From the sequence record SRR31156797_2062: a DNA stretch of 34,127 nt. One strand, written 5' to 3'. The translations under genes were made by a program, and so were the position numbers. Below, one piece after another: positions 17,580 through 27,415 of this stretch. Each line of letters opens with the position of its first letter. Within the stretch, counting starts at the first letter, position 1. The notes beneath the pieces were generated by a model. That model was not told the DNA's origin, searched no databases, and saw only the letters and a program-made list of their open reading frames with translations.

Positions 17580-18740
17580 ATGAAAATTGTCGTTGCCCCC
17601 AATGCTTTTAAAGGTTCCCTTTCTGCACCTGCTGCTGCCGCTGCAATAACCAGCGGCATCCGGCGCGTTTTTGCTGATGCGAAAATTATCCAAATTCCAG
17701 TTGCAGACGGCGGCGACGGACTCGTTAATGTTGCCCTGGACATTTTTCACGGAATCAGTACGGATGTGGAGATAACCGGCCCTGATTTCACCTCCATTAC
17801 AGCCCCCTATTGCCACTGCCCTGACCGTAAGCTGGCAGCTATCGAAATGGCGCTGGCAAGCGGGCTTGCTCTCCTCCCAACTTCACGGCGTGACCCGACC
17901 CAAACAACCACTCTGGGCACGGGTGAACTTATTTGTGCGGCGCTGGATTCCGGGGCTTCTCATATTTTGGTTGGCATTGGTGGTAGTGCTACCAACGATG
18001 GAGGTATTGGTGCGGCAGCAGCACTAGGAGTAAAATTTATTGATCTGGAGGGCATGCCGGTTCCGCTCACAGGCGGGAACCTTTCATCCATTGCCCATAT
18101 TGACTGCAGCGCTCGGGATTCCCGCCTGGAACATATCCAGCTGGAAGTTGCCTGCGACGTAACCAATCCCCTGACCGGCCCAACGGGTGCTGCCAGGGTC
18201 TATGCGGCTCAAAAAGGGGCGAGTTTTGAGCAGATAGAACAACTCGAAAATGGACTAGAGCATCTTGCAACCTGCGTTAAACGAGATCTAGGGATTGAGA
18301 TTCGGTCCCTTGTCGGCGGCGGAGCAGCCGGCGGGCTTGGCGCTGGGCTACACGCTTTTCTGGGAGCTGCATTGCGGCCGGGAGTGGACCTTATTCTCGA
18401 CCTGGTTGAATTGGACAAAAAGCTTGTCAATGCAGATCTGGTTATAACCGGTGAGGGCCAAATAGACTTCCAGACAATCTTTGGCAAAGCCCCTGCAGGG
18501 GTTGCAGCAAGAGCTCAAGCACAGGGCGTACCATGTATTGCCCTGGCCGGATCAATCGGCGAAGATCTCGGCAACCTGCACCAACGGGGAATGGAAGCGG
18601 TCTTTTCCATTTGTCAAGGGCCACTGTCTCTGCAGCAAGCCATGGAGGCAAGTGAAGCCCTTCTTTCGCAGACTGCTGAGCAGGCAGTCCGCTGTTTCTT
18701 TGCTGGTCACAATAAAGGAAAAAAATGCTCTCCAGCCTGA
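17580..18740 (+). CDS. Glycerate kinase (GlxK/GarK family)
   Basis: MKIVVAP..FKGSL, ADGGDG, GIGGSATNDGG, TGEGQID. Confidence 0.95.
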   Translation: MKIVVAPNAFKGSLSAPAAAAAITSGIRRVFADAKIIQIPVADGGDGLVNVALDIFHGISTDVEITGPDFTSITAPYCHCPDRKLAAIEMALASGLALLPTSRRDPTQTTTLGTGELICAALDSGASHILVGIGGSATNDGGIGAAAALGVKFIDLEGMPVPLTGGNLSSIAHIDCSARDSRLEHIQLEVACDVTNPLTGPTGAARVYAAQKGASFEQIEQLENGLEHLATCVKRDLGIEIRSLVGGGAAGGLGAGLHAFLGAALRPGVDLILDLVELDKKLVNADLVITGEGQIDFQTIFGKAPAGVAARAQAQGVPCIALAGSIGEDLGNLHQRGMEAVFSICQGPLSLQQAMEASEALLSQTAEQAVRCFFAGHNKGKKCSPA

Positions 18741-18937
18741 CGCTACTTGCCCGGTTGCTTGCCGTCCTTTAACAAAATTCCCTTCTTGAACGCATTTGTA
18801 TACGAAAATTCAGGCTTTTATTCAATTGACCGGTGAAAAAAATGTTTTTTTTTTGTACAGTGTAATATTCATATAATTTTTGCATTAGATTTCAGTTATG
18901 CATCTCGAAATAACACTCTACATATCAACACATTATC

Positions 18938-20932
18938 ATGAATACTAAAATAGCCGACACTGGCCACAAAAGACACACAATGGATGTAGATATCTCGCGG
19001 TTGGAAATGATGAGAACCTACCTCATCAGCTTAATGGATGAACCCAACCAAAAAAAAATGAAGGAATGCAGCTCCGAGGTTCTTGTACCTATTTATAATG
19101 GTGCGACCCGGATGAGTCCTACCTCCATTTTTATCAATACCGGATCAGCAGAAGATATCGACTATATCCGTAACAAGGCGCTGGAGATCGGTGAAGAATT
19201 CCAGCTTGCCAAACAAAATCATACCTGCCACTTTGACGGTCCCAATGACCAGGGCCGAGATACGGCGAACACCAAATACCTGGCCTATGCAGATACGGAA
19301 ATCAGTTCACTCCAAAAGAAAGAAGAACTCCAGGCAGGAGTGGTTGAAGCCCGTAATATCATAACCGATATCATGAGAAGCAAGGAGATGATAATCTCCT
19401 TTATCTCTCGTGGTCCCATAGGGAGTCCGGTATCAGATCCGACCCTGCAGGTAACAGATTCCTTCTATGTTATCCACAGTGAATTTTTGCTCTACCGCAT
19501 GATGGGCCCTGCTGCTTTTTCAAAGGATGTTGCCGAAAAAGGGTACATGTTCGTTAACTACCACAGTGCAGGCCGACTCACAGAGACCAATGTATCAGCC
19601 GATTTGAACAACAGACGTATTTATATGGATGTCGAGCGTTTCCGCTCCTACAGTTCCAACAATCAATATGCAGGCAACTCCATTGCTCCTAAAAAAATCA
19701 ACCACCGATTTGCTAATATGAACAATATTCGCAACTATTTCGGTGAACGGCTTGACGAACACATGTTCATTGCCGGGTTTGAAATGGAAGACGAAGTTGT
19801 CTATTTTGGAGGTGCCTATCCATCTGGTTGCGGCAAGACCGGAACAGCCATGACAGGGACCCATTTGGTTGGTGATGACCTTGCAAAAATTTTCATCGAC
19901 TCCGAAACCGGTGAGGTACGGGCAGTCAACCCTGAAAAAGGCATGTTTGGCATCATCGATGGAGTAAACCAGGAAGATGATCCAGAAACATTGAAGGTTC
20001 TCGAAGGTGAAGGAAATGAAGTAATCTTTTCCAACCTGCTGGTCTCTGATGGCAGGCCTTACTGGAATGGCATGGGAGAAACTTTCCCAGCAAAAGGAAT
20101 CAACTATTTAGGGGACTGGTCTTCACAGTCAGGTACCTTGGCATCTCACAAAAATGCACGATTTACCATCACCCTCGATTCCCTTGAAAATTACGACACT
20201 GCCACTGAAAAACCTGAAGGAGTGAAACTGAGCGGCCTGTTGTTCGGTGGTCGTGATTACACGACCATGCCAACTATCGTCATGGCCCACGACTGGATGA
20301 GCACCGTTGTCCATGGCGCAATTATCCGCTCTGCCACCACCGCTACAGAGATCGGCGCAGACGGCAGCGAAAAACGATCCCCTTTTGCCAACGAGGCATT
20401 TTTTCCTGGTCCGCTCGCCCATTACATCAATCACTATAAGGCGTTTGGCGAGAATCCAGCCATTAACGAAGACAACTTACCTTCCGGGTTCCAGGTCAAC
20501 TACTGGTTGCATAAAAGTGGGCGAGGAAGCCTGGCACCAGGTGAGTCAGATGGGCTTATCGGTGAAAAACGTGATACCAAGGTATGGATGCGCATCATGG
20601 CATTGATGCACCAGGGCAAGGTGGAATCAATATGGACTCCGATTGGCCGTATTCCCAAATATCAAGACCTGAAAAAACTCTTTACCGAGATTATCGGCAA
20701 GGAATACAGCAAAGAAGTGTACACTAAGCAGTTCTCACTTTATACTGTTAACCTGATTGAACGGGTTGACATGTCCATAACAGAATTTTCCAAAGAAAAG
20801 GATATGAACGACGCCTTCTTCCGGGTACTGATGACCTGGAGGCGGGATCTTATTGCCTTGAAAGCTACCGTGGGAGCGATTGTAACCCCGGATCAGATGA
20901 TTGAATATGTAGCTGCCAATCAGCCGCGCTAA
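18938..20932 (+). CDS. pckG: Phosphoenolpyruvate carboxykinase (GTP-dependent)
   Basis: GAYPSGCGKT P-loop, VGDDLA, NPEKGMFG, HKNARFT, FGGR; start may be 18980. Confidence 0.88.
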   Translation: MNTKIADTGHKRHTMDVDISRLEMMRTYLISLMDEPNQKKMKECSSEVLVPIYNGATRMSPTSIFINTGSAEDIDYIRNKALEIGEEFQLAKQNHTCHFDGPNDQGRDTANTKYLAYADTEISSLQKKEELQAGVVEARNIITDIMRSKEMIISFISRGPIGSPVSDPTLQVTDSFYVIHSEFLLYRMMGPAAFSKDVAEKGYMFVNYHSAGRLTETNVSADLNNRRIYMDVERFRSYSSNNQYAGNSIAPKKINHRFANMNNIRNYFGERLDEHMFIAGFEMEDEVVYFGGAYPSGCGKTGTAMTGTHLVGDDLAKIFIDSETGEVRAVNPEKGMFGIIDGVNQEDDPETLKVLEGEGNEVIFSNLLVSDGRPYWNGMGETFPAKGINYLGDWSSQSGTLASHKNARFTITLDSLENYDTATEKPEGVKLSGLLFGGRDYTTMPTIVMAHDWMSTVVHGAIIRSATTATEIGADGSEKRSPFANEAFFPGPLAHYINHYKAFGENPAINEDNLPSGFQVNYWLHKSGRGSLAPGESDGLIGEKRDTKVWMRIMALMHQGKVESIWTPIGRIPKYQDLKKLFTEIIGKEYSKEVYTKQFSLYTVNLIERVDMSITEFSKEKDMNDAFFRVLMTWRRDLIALKATVGAIVTPDQMIEYVAANQPR

Positions 20933-20948
20933 ATATAATTCATCACTC

Positions 20949-20977
20949 AGGTTGTCCGGTTAACAGTCGGACAACCT
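20949..20977 (+). terminator. 3' stem-loop after pckG
   Basis: aggttgtccg / cggacaacct 10-bp perfect stem, no U-tract. Confidence 0.5.
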
Positions 20978-20986
20978 ACAAGCCAT

Positions 20987-21025
20987 AAAAAAACGGAGCC
21001 TCCTTTAGGGAGACTCCGTTTTTTT
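20987..21025. terminator. Bidirectional intrinsic terminator between convergent pckG and transketolase genes
   Basis: A7-cggagcctcc...ggagactccg-T7. Confidence 0.9.
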
Positions 21026-21050
21026 GTTACTTTTCCCAGGGTACTGAAAA

Positions 21051-22937
21051 CTATTTCATCAGTTCCATAACCTTTTCACGGATATCATTGTTGGACATTC
21101 CTTGATAAGGAATCTGCTCAGACAGGCCGCCAGCGCCGTCTTTCCATGTTCCCATATACCCATAGCGAGGGGTGAAGCCGCGCTCAAGCAGCCAGGATCC
21201 GTAACGACTTCCAAGTCCTGTTTTGCTATTTTGGGTCTCAACCACAAGCACAAATGGGCTGTTGCCGAGCTTGGCCACCATTTCCTCATCAACCACGTTG
21301 AGGACAGGCTTGTTTATCAGGCCGACATTAATTCCTTCCTGCTTTAAACGCTCCACCACGTCCAAACAACGATAGAGCATCTCACCATAGGCTACAATAT
21401 AGCCCTGATCTCCTTCTCGGATAACCTCGTCCTTGTCTGGAGTAAAGCTGTAGTTTTCATACAGTCTGTTGCCTGCTTCATCCAGAATAAACGGTGTGGC
21501 TGAGCGAGTGGAAAAAACAAACCGCAACCCACTATCATGAAAAACCTTACCAAGCAGTGCCTTCAGCTGCAGCGGGTCTGCAGGGAAGTAGAGCCTTGTA
21601 TTATCGTGTTCAGCCAGTCCGTTGTCAGCAAAAAAGTTGTTGATTCCAAAGTGGCAGGTATTGTCTGCCATATCGTCAACCCCGGAATGAGAGAAATGGG
21701 CTAGCACATTGGCCTGATTGAGCCTGGCCATGGTAATTTCCGAGATCACCATTTCCTGGAATGCAGCAAAGGTACCGAAAATTCCTTGTTTACCTGGCGT
21801 GGAGCCAAATCCTGCTGCAACGGAAAAATTATTTCGCTCCATGATGCCCCCATGGACATAAACCTGGGGAACATTTTTACGAATATGGTGCAGCCCACAC
21901 GACCCTTCCAGGTCGGAATCGACCACCAGTACACTGGATGCCGGATCTTCCACATCCTCAAGAAGCTCGCAGATAACCTTACCGAAATCATCACGGTTCT
22001 TCCCGGTTTCCGGAGTACTTCCAAGACATATGGTCTTCTCTTTTTTCTCAACTTCCTGACCAAGAATGGCAACTGCTGCATCTTGCGCCCTTCCTTTCAG
22101 GTAATCAATAGCCATTGGCACAGGAATGACATCATGTCCCTTGGGAAGGCCCTCAATACCTACAATGCCTACAGCCATCAATCGCTTGGCAACAACAGCA
22201 ACAGGCCCATCATTGGCGATGGCCTTTTGGACGAGCGCAAAAAGGGCGTCAATATCCTCCCCAGGGCATTCATCAACACTCAAACCATGCCCGCCAAGAG
22301 TTTTTACTACGTCATACCCCTGCATGTATTCAGTGGGATGCCCTGCAATGGTGACATCATTGTCATCAATAAGCAGCTTAACATTCAGTTGACGGGCAAC
22401 TGCGTACCGAGCTGCCTCGGCATCGTCTCCTTCTTGCTGCGAACCGTCACTGCCAAACATAAACACTGTCTTGTCCGGATTGGCTTCCGCAATACCATTA
22501 ACATAACTCCACAGGTGACCGAGGCGACCAGAGCTAAAAAAGACACCATCTTTTTCATTACGCTCGGGGTGACCGTATAAGCCCTTGTTAAATTCACGAT
22601 AATGGAGCAGGGTTTCTGGTGCGGCATAACCGTTCAGCACGGCCATAATGTATTGTATCGCCACCCGATGCCCGGCCTCATCAAAATACACAGGATAACA
22701 TGAGTCAGAGCCTTTCATGAATCCATCAACAATCAACAATTCTGGGACAATGTCAAAAGCTCCACCAGTATGCCCACCGAGTCCTTTGGTATTTGCCAGG
22801 GCGGTAAAAAACACAATGCTGTCGCGGACAATGGAAATATTCTTTTCCAGGGTTGCTCTCTGCTCAGCACTCAACCCTTCCTGGGTAAGGGTAAATTTGA
22901 GAGGGGTATACTCTGATAAGTCGATGGGAAAAGTCAT
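21051..22937 (-). CDS. Transketolase-like ThDP enzyme (divergent, single chain)
   Basis: GGHTGG, GHPE, SGRLG, GSDGSQQEG...DDN ThDP motif, SDLEGS, transketolase C-terminal domain. Confidence 0.85.
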   Translation of the reverse strand: MTFPIDLSEYTPLKFTLTQEGLSAEQRATLEKNISIVRDSIVFFTALANTKGLGGHTGGAFDIVPELLIVDGFMKGSDSCYPVYFDEAGHRVAIQYIMAVLNGYAAPETLLHYREFNKGLYGHPERNEKDGVFFSSGRLGHLWSYVNGIAEANPDKTVFMFGSDGSQQEGDDAEAARYAVARQLNVKLLIDDNDVTIAGHPTEYMQGYDVVKTLGGHGLSVDECPGEDIDALFALVQKAIANDGPVAVVAKRLMAVGIVGIEGLPKGHDVIPVPMAIDYLKGRAQDAAVAILGQEVEKKEKTICLGSTPETGKNRDDFGKVICELLEDVEDPASSVLVVDSDLEGSCGLHHIRKNVPQVYVHGGIMERNNFSVAAGFGSTPGKQGIFGTFAAFQEMVISEITMARLNQANVLAHFSHSGVDDMADNTCHFGINNFFADNGLAEHDNTRLYFPADPLQLKALLGKVFHDSGLRFVFSTRSATPFILDEAGNRLYENYSFTPDKDEVIREGDQGYIVAYGEMLYRCLDVVERLKQEGINVGLINKPVLNVVDEEMVAKLGNSPFVLVVETQNSKTGLGSRYGSWLLERGFTPRYGYMGTWKDGAGGLSEQIPYQGMSNNDIREKVMELMK

Positions 22938-23233
22938 AATATGATCCTACAGGGTAGTAAAAATAGAAAGGGATAGAGTGAATTTAATAGAGGAAGTTCG
23001 CTTCCTGACCAATAGATATGCACTGATACCAGAATTGACAAAATCCGCAATAAGGATTTTATCCCCATTCAAAGAGAGTTACACCAAAGTGTGGTGAGAT
23101 CCAGGTTACGCACATCAATATGCATCTCTTGCGACATAAGTTGAATTAGCCGGTGCAATCACCTACTACTTTCTGGTATAGACTACAAAACCGTGCAATT
23201 TTATAAAAAAAATTTCAACCACTCTATCGACAA

Positions 23234-23518
23234 ATGAAAACAATCCGTAGATACCATCTTCAGCCAACCAAGACTCAAGCCGTTCAAATACCTGCAGGCA
23301 GTGAAATTCTCAGTGTCCAGGCAAAAGGTGATGACTCACCCGTTCTCTGGGCATTGGTTGACCCGGAAAAGGATGAAGAAGAGCGCACTGTCACCCTCTA
23401 CGCAACAGCCACTGAGATGCCAGACAACCCAGGCAGGTACTGCGGCAGCTTTCAAATATATGACGGCAGCCTAGAATTTCACGCCTTTGAATCTGTTGTT
23501 GCCGACAATCAGGAGTAA
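23234..23518 (+). CDS. Small hypothetical protein (DUF7352-like)
   Basis: P.G.EILSVQ...LWALVDP...Y.GSFQ...FH.FE pattern. Confidence 0.75.
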   Translation: MKTIRRYHLQPTKTQAVQIPAGSEILSVQAKGDDSPVLWALVDPEKDEEERTVTLYATATEMPDNPGRYCGSFQIYDGSLEFHAFESVVADNQE

Positions 23519-23557
23519 TAAACGCCGTAGAGGAATCTACTTATAATCCGGGATAGC

Positions 23558-24439
23558 TTAGGTAAAGACAACAGTTCGATTCTGATAGATCAATGTTTGT
23601 CGTTTCAAATGATGCCAGATGGCCCGGGCAAGGATCACTTTTTCCAGGTCACGCCCCTTCCGCACCAGATCCTGGACCGCATCAGCATGACTGACCTGAA
23701 TAACATCCTGGGCTATGATTGGCCCGCCATCAAGATCTGCGGTTACATAGTGACTGGTTGCTCCAATAATCTTGACCCCTCGCTCGTAGGCAGAGTGGTA
23801 TGGCTTAGCTCCGGGAAATGCGGGAAGAAAGGAGTGATGAATGTTGATGAGTTTCCCTTGGTAATGATCAACAAAATCACCGGAGAGGATCTGCATGTAC
23901 CGGGCAAGCACTATAAAATCTATCTCGTGCTCAGCGAGCAATTCAAGTTGCTCTTGCTCTTTTTCCTTTTTATTCTGGGCAGTAATGGCAAAATGGTGGT
24001 ACGGAATTCCAAACTGATCAGCGACAGGCCGCATATCTTCATGGTTGCTGATAATAAGCGGAATTTCGACTTCAATTTCCCCGGACTTCCAGCGAGAAAG
24101 CAGATCGTACAGGCAATGGGGCAGCTTTGAAACAAACAGTGCCATCTTGGGCACATATTGAGAAAAATGCAGGTCCCATTGCATATTGTACTTTTGAGCA
24201 ATCAGCGTATCAAAATACTCCCCTATTTTCTCATCAGGAATCGTAAAATTTTCCAACTCCCACTCAATACGCATAAAAAAAACGCCCTGGGATGTATCTA
24301 CATGCTGGTCGAGATACATTATATTGCCATTGTTCTTAAAAATAAATTCGCTCACCGAAGAGACGATCCCTTTACTGTCTTGGCAGTGGATCAATAAAAT
24401 AGCAGAAGAGGGCTTGAGGGCGTTTTTTATGGGATTCAT
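23558..24439 (-). CDS. purU: Formyltetrahydrofolate deformylase
   Basis: N-terminal ACT domain, LARYMQIL, INIHHSFLPAFPGAKPY, GVKIIGATSHYVT. Confidence 0.97.
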   Translation of the reverse strand: MNPIKNALKPSSAILLIHCQDSKGIVSSVSEFIFKNNGNIMYLDQHVDTSQGVFFMRIEWELENFTIPDEKIGEYFDTLIAQKYNMQWDLHFSQYVPKMALFVSKLPHCLYDLLSRWKSGEIEVEIPLIISNHEDMRPVADQFGIPYHHFAITAQNKKEKEQEQLELLAEHEIDFIVLARYMQILSGDFVDHYQGKLINIHHSFLPAFPGAKPYHSAYERGVKIIGATSHYVTADLDGGPIIAQDVIQVSHADAVQDLVRKGRDLEKVILARAIWHHLKRQTLIYQNRTVVFT

Positions 24440-24612
24440 GGTATTCTTATATCAATTCGAAAAAAAGCCGCGTTACAATCGGCAGCAACGATAATTATGC
24501 AAAAACGGACATACTAAAAGAAAAAACCGTTATATGCAAGAACTGGTGGCGGAGATGAGAGCCCCTGTCCGGGTGAAATGAGCCGGACAGAGGAAAAGAG
24601 AAGGGGGACTAG

Positions 24613-25053
24613 TTACAAACTGCACATTTTTGATACTCGGTCAAGGAGCATATCCCACTGACTGCTTTTACCACCCAGCCACTGAACGGCTTCCTGCTTA
24701 GTGGTAAAAATTTTCATATCGCCTTTACGTTCGTGGGACTGAGTACTTTCCAGGTATACCCTTGCAAGGTTAAAGGAAAGCGAATCAGGGGCAATAAAAG
24801 CCACTTTTAACTCCGGAAACTTCTCAATATGCTCCTTATTAATTTTAACAATATCAGCAAGCCGTTCCATGTCGACATCCGGAGCAAAACTCTCTACCTC
24901 CGCAAAACTGACTAACTCCTTGGTGCTTGCACTGAAATCGGGATGAGAGAGAACAGACACAGCTTGCAGTTCCAAATCACTGGCAGTCACATTCCCGAAA
25001 AAATGGACGAGTAACATCTGATGTTCCTGACTGAATATGTTACATCCTGGCAT
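24613..25053 (-). CDS. Hypothetical protein, STAS/SEC14 (SpoIIAA-like) fold
   Basis: KVAFIAPDSLSFNLAR and IFTTKQEAVQWL pattern; AAGGAG RBS before ATG 25053. Confidence 0.7.
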   Translation of the reverse strand: MPGCNIFSQEHQMLLVHFFGNVTASDLELQAVSVLSHPDFSASTKELVSFAEVESFAPDVDMERLADIVKINKEHIEKFPELKVAFIAPDSLSFNLARVYLESTQSHERKGDMKIFTTKQEAVQWLGGKSSQWDMLLDRVSKMCSL

Positions 25054-25300
25054 AGAGTTCTCCTTTTCACTGATACAACACTTTTTGTGAAGCATGGCCA
25101 TTATCGATAAAAACCTTTCTATTCAACCTAATGCGAGCTACTAAAAAAAGCAACACATGACACTTCCTGCTGCCCTTCCTCCCTGCAACGGCCAGTAACA
25201 ATACACATGCCAGTCACCCTAGACCACTCCCCGCGCATCACATCACACAAACCGGAAACACGAAAAAACACAATTTAGCACGCAGGAGAGTGCTTTCAGG

Positions 25301-25329
25301 TTGACAGGCCACGACAACACCCTTACCAT
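25301..25329 (+). promoter_or_regulatory. sigma70 promoter TTGACA-17-TACCAT
   Basis: ttgaca 25301-25306, taccat 25324-25329; AGCAC-N8-GTGCT inverted repeat just upstream. Confidence 0.65.
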
Positions 25330-25406
25330 CTGTCGCTATCGGCAAACACTTTTTTATTTTTTTTCAGATAACCGAAGCGACACCTCAATTCTTTGCGCCC
25401 TCAGCT

Positions 25407-25580
25407 ATGAATATTATCCACTTGTTTTCCCGCACCAAGAAACAGCCTGACAACAAGTCTAGTATAAACAGAAAAAACAGAAAAAAACGATGCATGAACT
25501 GTTACCATGTATTGGAAACAGAAAAGGTACTTTGTAAACCGTGTCAGGAAAAAATGCTTGGACCTGTTGCAGGAATATAA
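25407..25580 (+). CDS. 57-aa basic zinc-finger microprotein (CxxC-x10-CxxC; absent from ORF track)
   Basis: Hand translation MNIIHLFSRTKKQPDNKSSINRKNRKKRCMNCYHVLETEKVLCKPCQEKMLGPVAGI; lies downstream of a promoter; no clear SD. Confidence 0.55.
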   Translation: MNIIHLFSRTKKQPDNKSSINRKNRKKRCMNCYHVLETEKVLCKPCQEKMLGPVAGI

Positions 25581-25653
25581 GGGACTGATACAACAAGGAT
25601 AAAACACCTTGAACAGGGTCGTTATTGTCTTTGACACCATTTATGCTCGGAGA

Positions 25654-26079
25654 CTATCTAGCACGGGCGAAGGTAAAATTCCCTTTTGCCACCAGATGCT
25701 CGCCAGCACTATCGGTATAAAACACTTCCGCCACTGTAAAAATAAGCAATGCACCGCCTTTGACGACCTCAGCTTTTGTCTGAAGCAAGCCTGACTCCAC
25801 ACCACGAAACATCTGAAAGGTAAATTCCGGAGCTACCAACACATCACCTTCCGAAGCAACCGATATGGCAGCCCCCAGAGCGGCATGCCCCGCAAGGGAA
25901 GAAATAACCCCGCCGTGTACGCGATTAAGGTGCTGCAAGTGTGCCGGGATAACCTGCACCTCAGCTAGACACTGCCCAGGCTTAACATCGACGAGTTGAA
26001 TACCCAGTTCCCGGATAAAGGTCGCCTCTCGAAAGACCGCTTCCACTTCTTTTTTATAGTTGTTATTCCTGATCTTCAT
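25654..26079 (-). CDS. PaaI family thioesterase
   Basis: HLQHLNRVHGGVISSLA hot-dog fold motif. Confidence 0.88.
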   Translation of the reverse strand: MKIRNNNYKKEVEAVFREATFIRELGIQLVDVKPGQCLAEVQVIPAHLQHLNRVHGGVISSLAGHAALGAAISVASEGDVLVAPEFTFQMFRGVESGLLQTKAEVVKGGALLIFTVAEVFYTDSAGEHLVAKGNFTFARAR

Positions 26080-26106
26080 CTTTCGTTCTCATTCATTTAC
26101 GATTTT

Positions 26107-26382
26107 TCACATTCCCAGCGAGAACATACGCTCTAGATCATGCCGGGAAAAGGCTTTGAAGGCGAGCATCGTTTCTGTTTTTTCGATTCCCTCCAGCCCA
26201 TACATCTTGCTCGTCACCAGCTCTGCCAGGTCGTCATTTGTAGCTATGCGAGCAATGGCTACCAGGTCATAGGAACCGCTGACAGAATAAACCTCAGAAA
26301 TACCTTTCACCTCCGCCAGTTGCTCTGCCAGTACATTTATCTTCGATCTTTCTGCATTAATAAGTATTATTGAGGTAACCAT
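26107..26382 (-). CDS. Lrp/AsnC ligand-binding (RAM) domain protein without HTH
   Basis: EVYSVSGSYDLVA, GIEKTETM; 91 aa; AAGGAG RBS. Confidence 0.9.
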   Translation of the reverse strand: MVTSIILINAERSKINVLAEQLAEVKGISEVYSVSGSYDLVAIARIATNDDLAELVTSKMYGLEGIEKTETMLAFKAFSRHDLERMFSLGM

Positions 26383-26433
26383 TGTTTCTCCTTAAAAAAG
26401 CTTGCTCCAACAAATTGCATTGCCAATCGGTCG

Positions 26434-27405
26434 CTATATCTGCTGGGGATTATAGTATTTAAAAAAATGATCCATTATAAACTGCACTGTTTCCCGGTTG
26501 ACGTGAAAATTTTCTTTCCCATCTGAAAAGTAGGATTTACCCTGCAGCATGGTATAGATAGTCGCCATTTCAAAGGCCGGAAAATAGAAAACATTGTCAT
26601 GCCTGGCGACAAATTCGTCGGCAACGGCGCGCAGGGTCGACTTAGAGTTACAACTTGCACTGATCACATCCAAATCGTTGCGAAAAGTGGCCCACAGGTG
26701 CACAGGCGAAACAGTGAGAATAATCTTACACTCCGGATTATGGACTGCCATTAAAGAATGAATATATTCCAGGTTATCTAAATTTTCCTGATAGCGTGAT
26801 ACCCTGAAACGATATCGTGACATATCACCACCGTTGTTAGGGTATGGTCCCGAAGGAAGACAGATAACACTGCCGTCTTCAGTATCTTCCCATATTTCAG
26901 TCAACCCCAGGGTGAGAATAAGCACCTCCACCCTTTTCAAGACCCGCTGTGACGCTGCAATATGAGCAGCAAAATCTCGTTCTGCGTCCCCAAGAGAATC
27001 ATAGAGCATTATCCGCCGGTAAGGATCCTGCACCCTTTTTTCTCCAGGTATTTCCCACCACCTGAACTGCGGCGAAAAATTAGAAAACGTATAGGCAAAA
27101 ATCTGCCGCATGGAAAAAGTATTATAAGTGCGCTCCCATGCCGCACTTGCATGAGCTGAGGCAGGGTTATCTCGTTCCTCCACAATATAATTGTACTCCT
27201 GCTGCACCAGAACCTTCTTGATCTCGCGGGCAAAGCAGGAGCCCATGGACCCAATGACCGTTTCTTTATCTATCTGCAGAGTTATACCATCCGGACAGGG
27301 GAAATTACCGTCCACTGGCGGGTTTTTATATGACCCCGGCCAAACCTGCCACTGTGAAAAATCATGAAAAGGGTGTACCTCAGAACGTGCCATGCATAAT
27401 ACCAA
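26434..27405 (-). CDS. GSCFA domain protein
   Basis: GSCFA motif, ILTLGLTE, LTVSPV, SKSTLR, YFPAFE. Confidence 0.92.
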   Translation of the reverse strand: MVLCMARSEVHPFHDFSQWQVWPGSYKNPPVDGNFPCPDGITLQIDKETVIGSMGSCFAREIKKVLVQQEYNYIVEERDNPASAHASAAWERTYNTFSMRQIFAYTFSNFSPQFRWWEIPGEKRVQDPYRRIMLYDSLGDAERDFAAHIAASQRVLKRVEVLILTLGLTEIWEDTEDGSVICLPSGPYPNNGGDMSRYRFRVSRYQENLDNLEYIHSLMAVHNPECKIILTVSPVHLWATFRNDLDVISASCNSKSTLRAVADEFVARHDNVFYFPAFEMATIYTMLQGKSYFSDGKENFHVNRETVQFIMDHFFKYYNPQQI

Positions 27406-27415
27406 AAGTTACCCC

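Noticed and set aside
24564-24593. REP-like repeat family (tgtccgg...cggaca shared with the 20949-20977 hairpin)
   Set aside because: Only two copies, a 6-7 bp shared core and different loops; could be chance similarity between 3' stem-loops
25275-25296. CIRCE (HrcA) element TTAGCACGC...GAGTGCTTT
   Set aside because: Spacer is 4 nt rather than the required 9, arms have mismatches, and no chaperone gene follows
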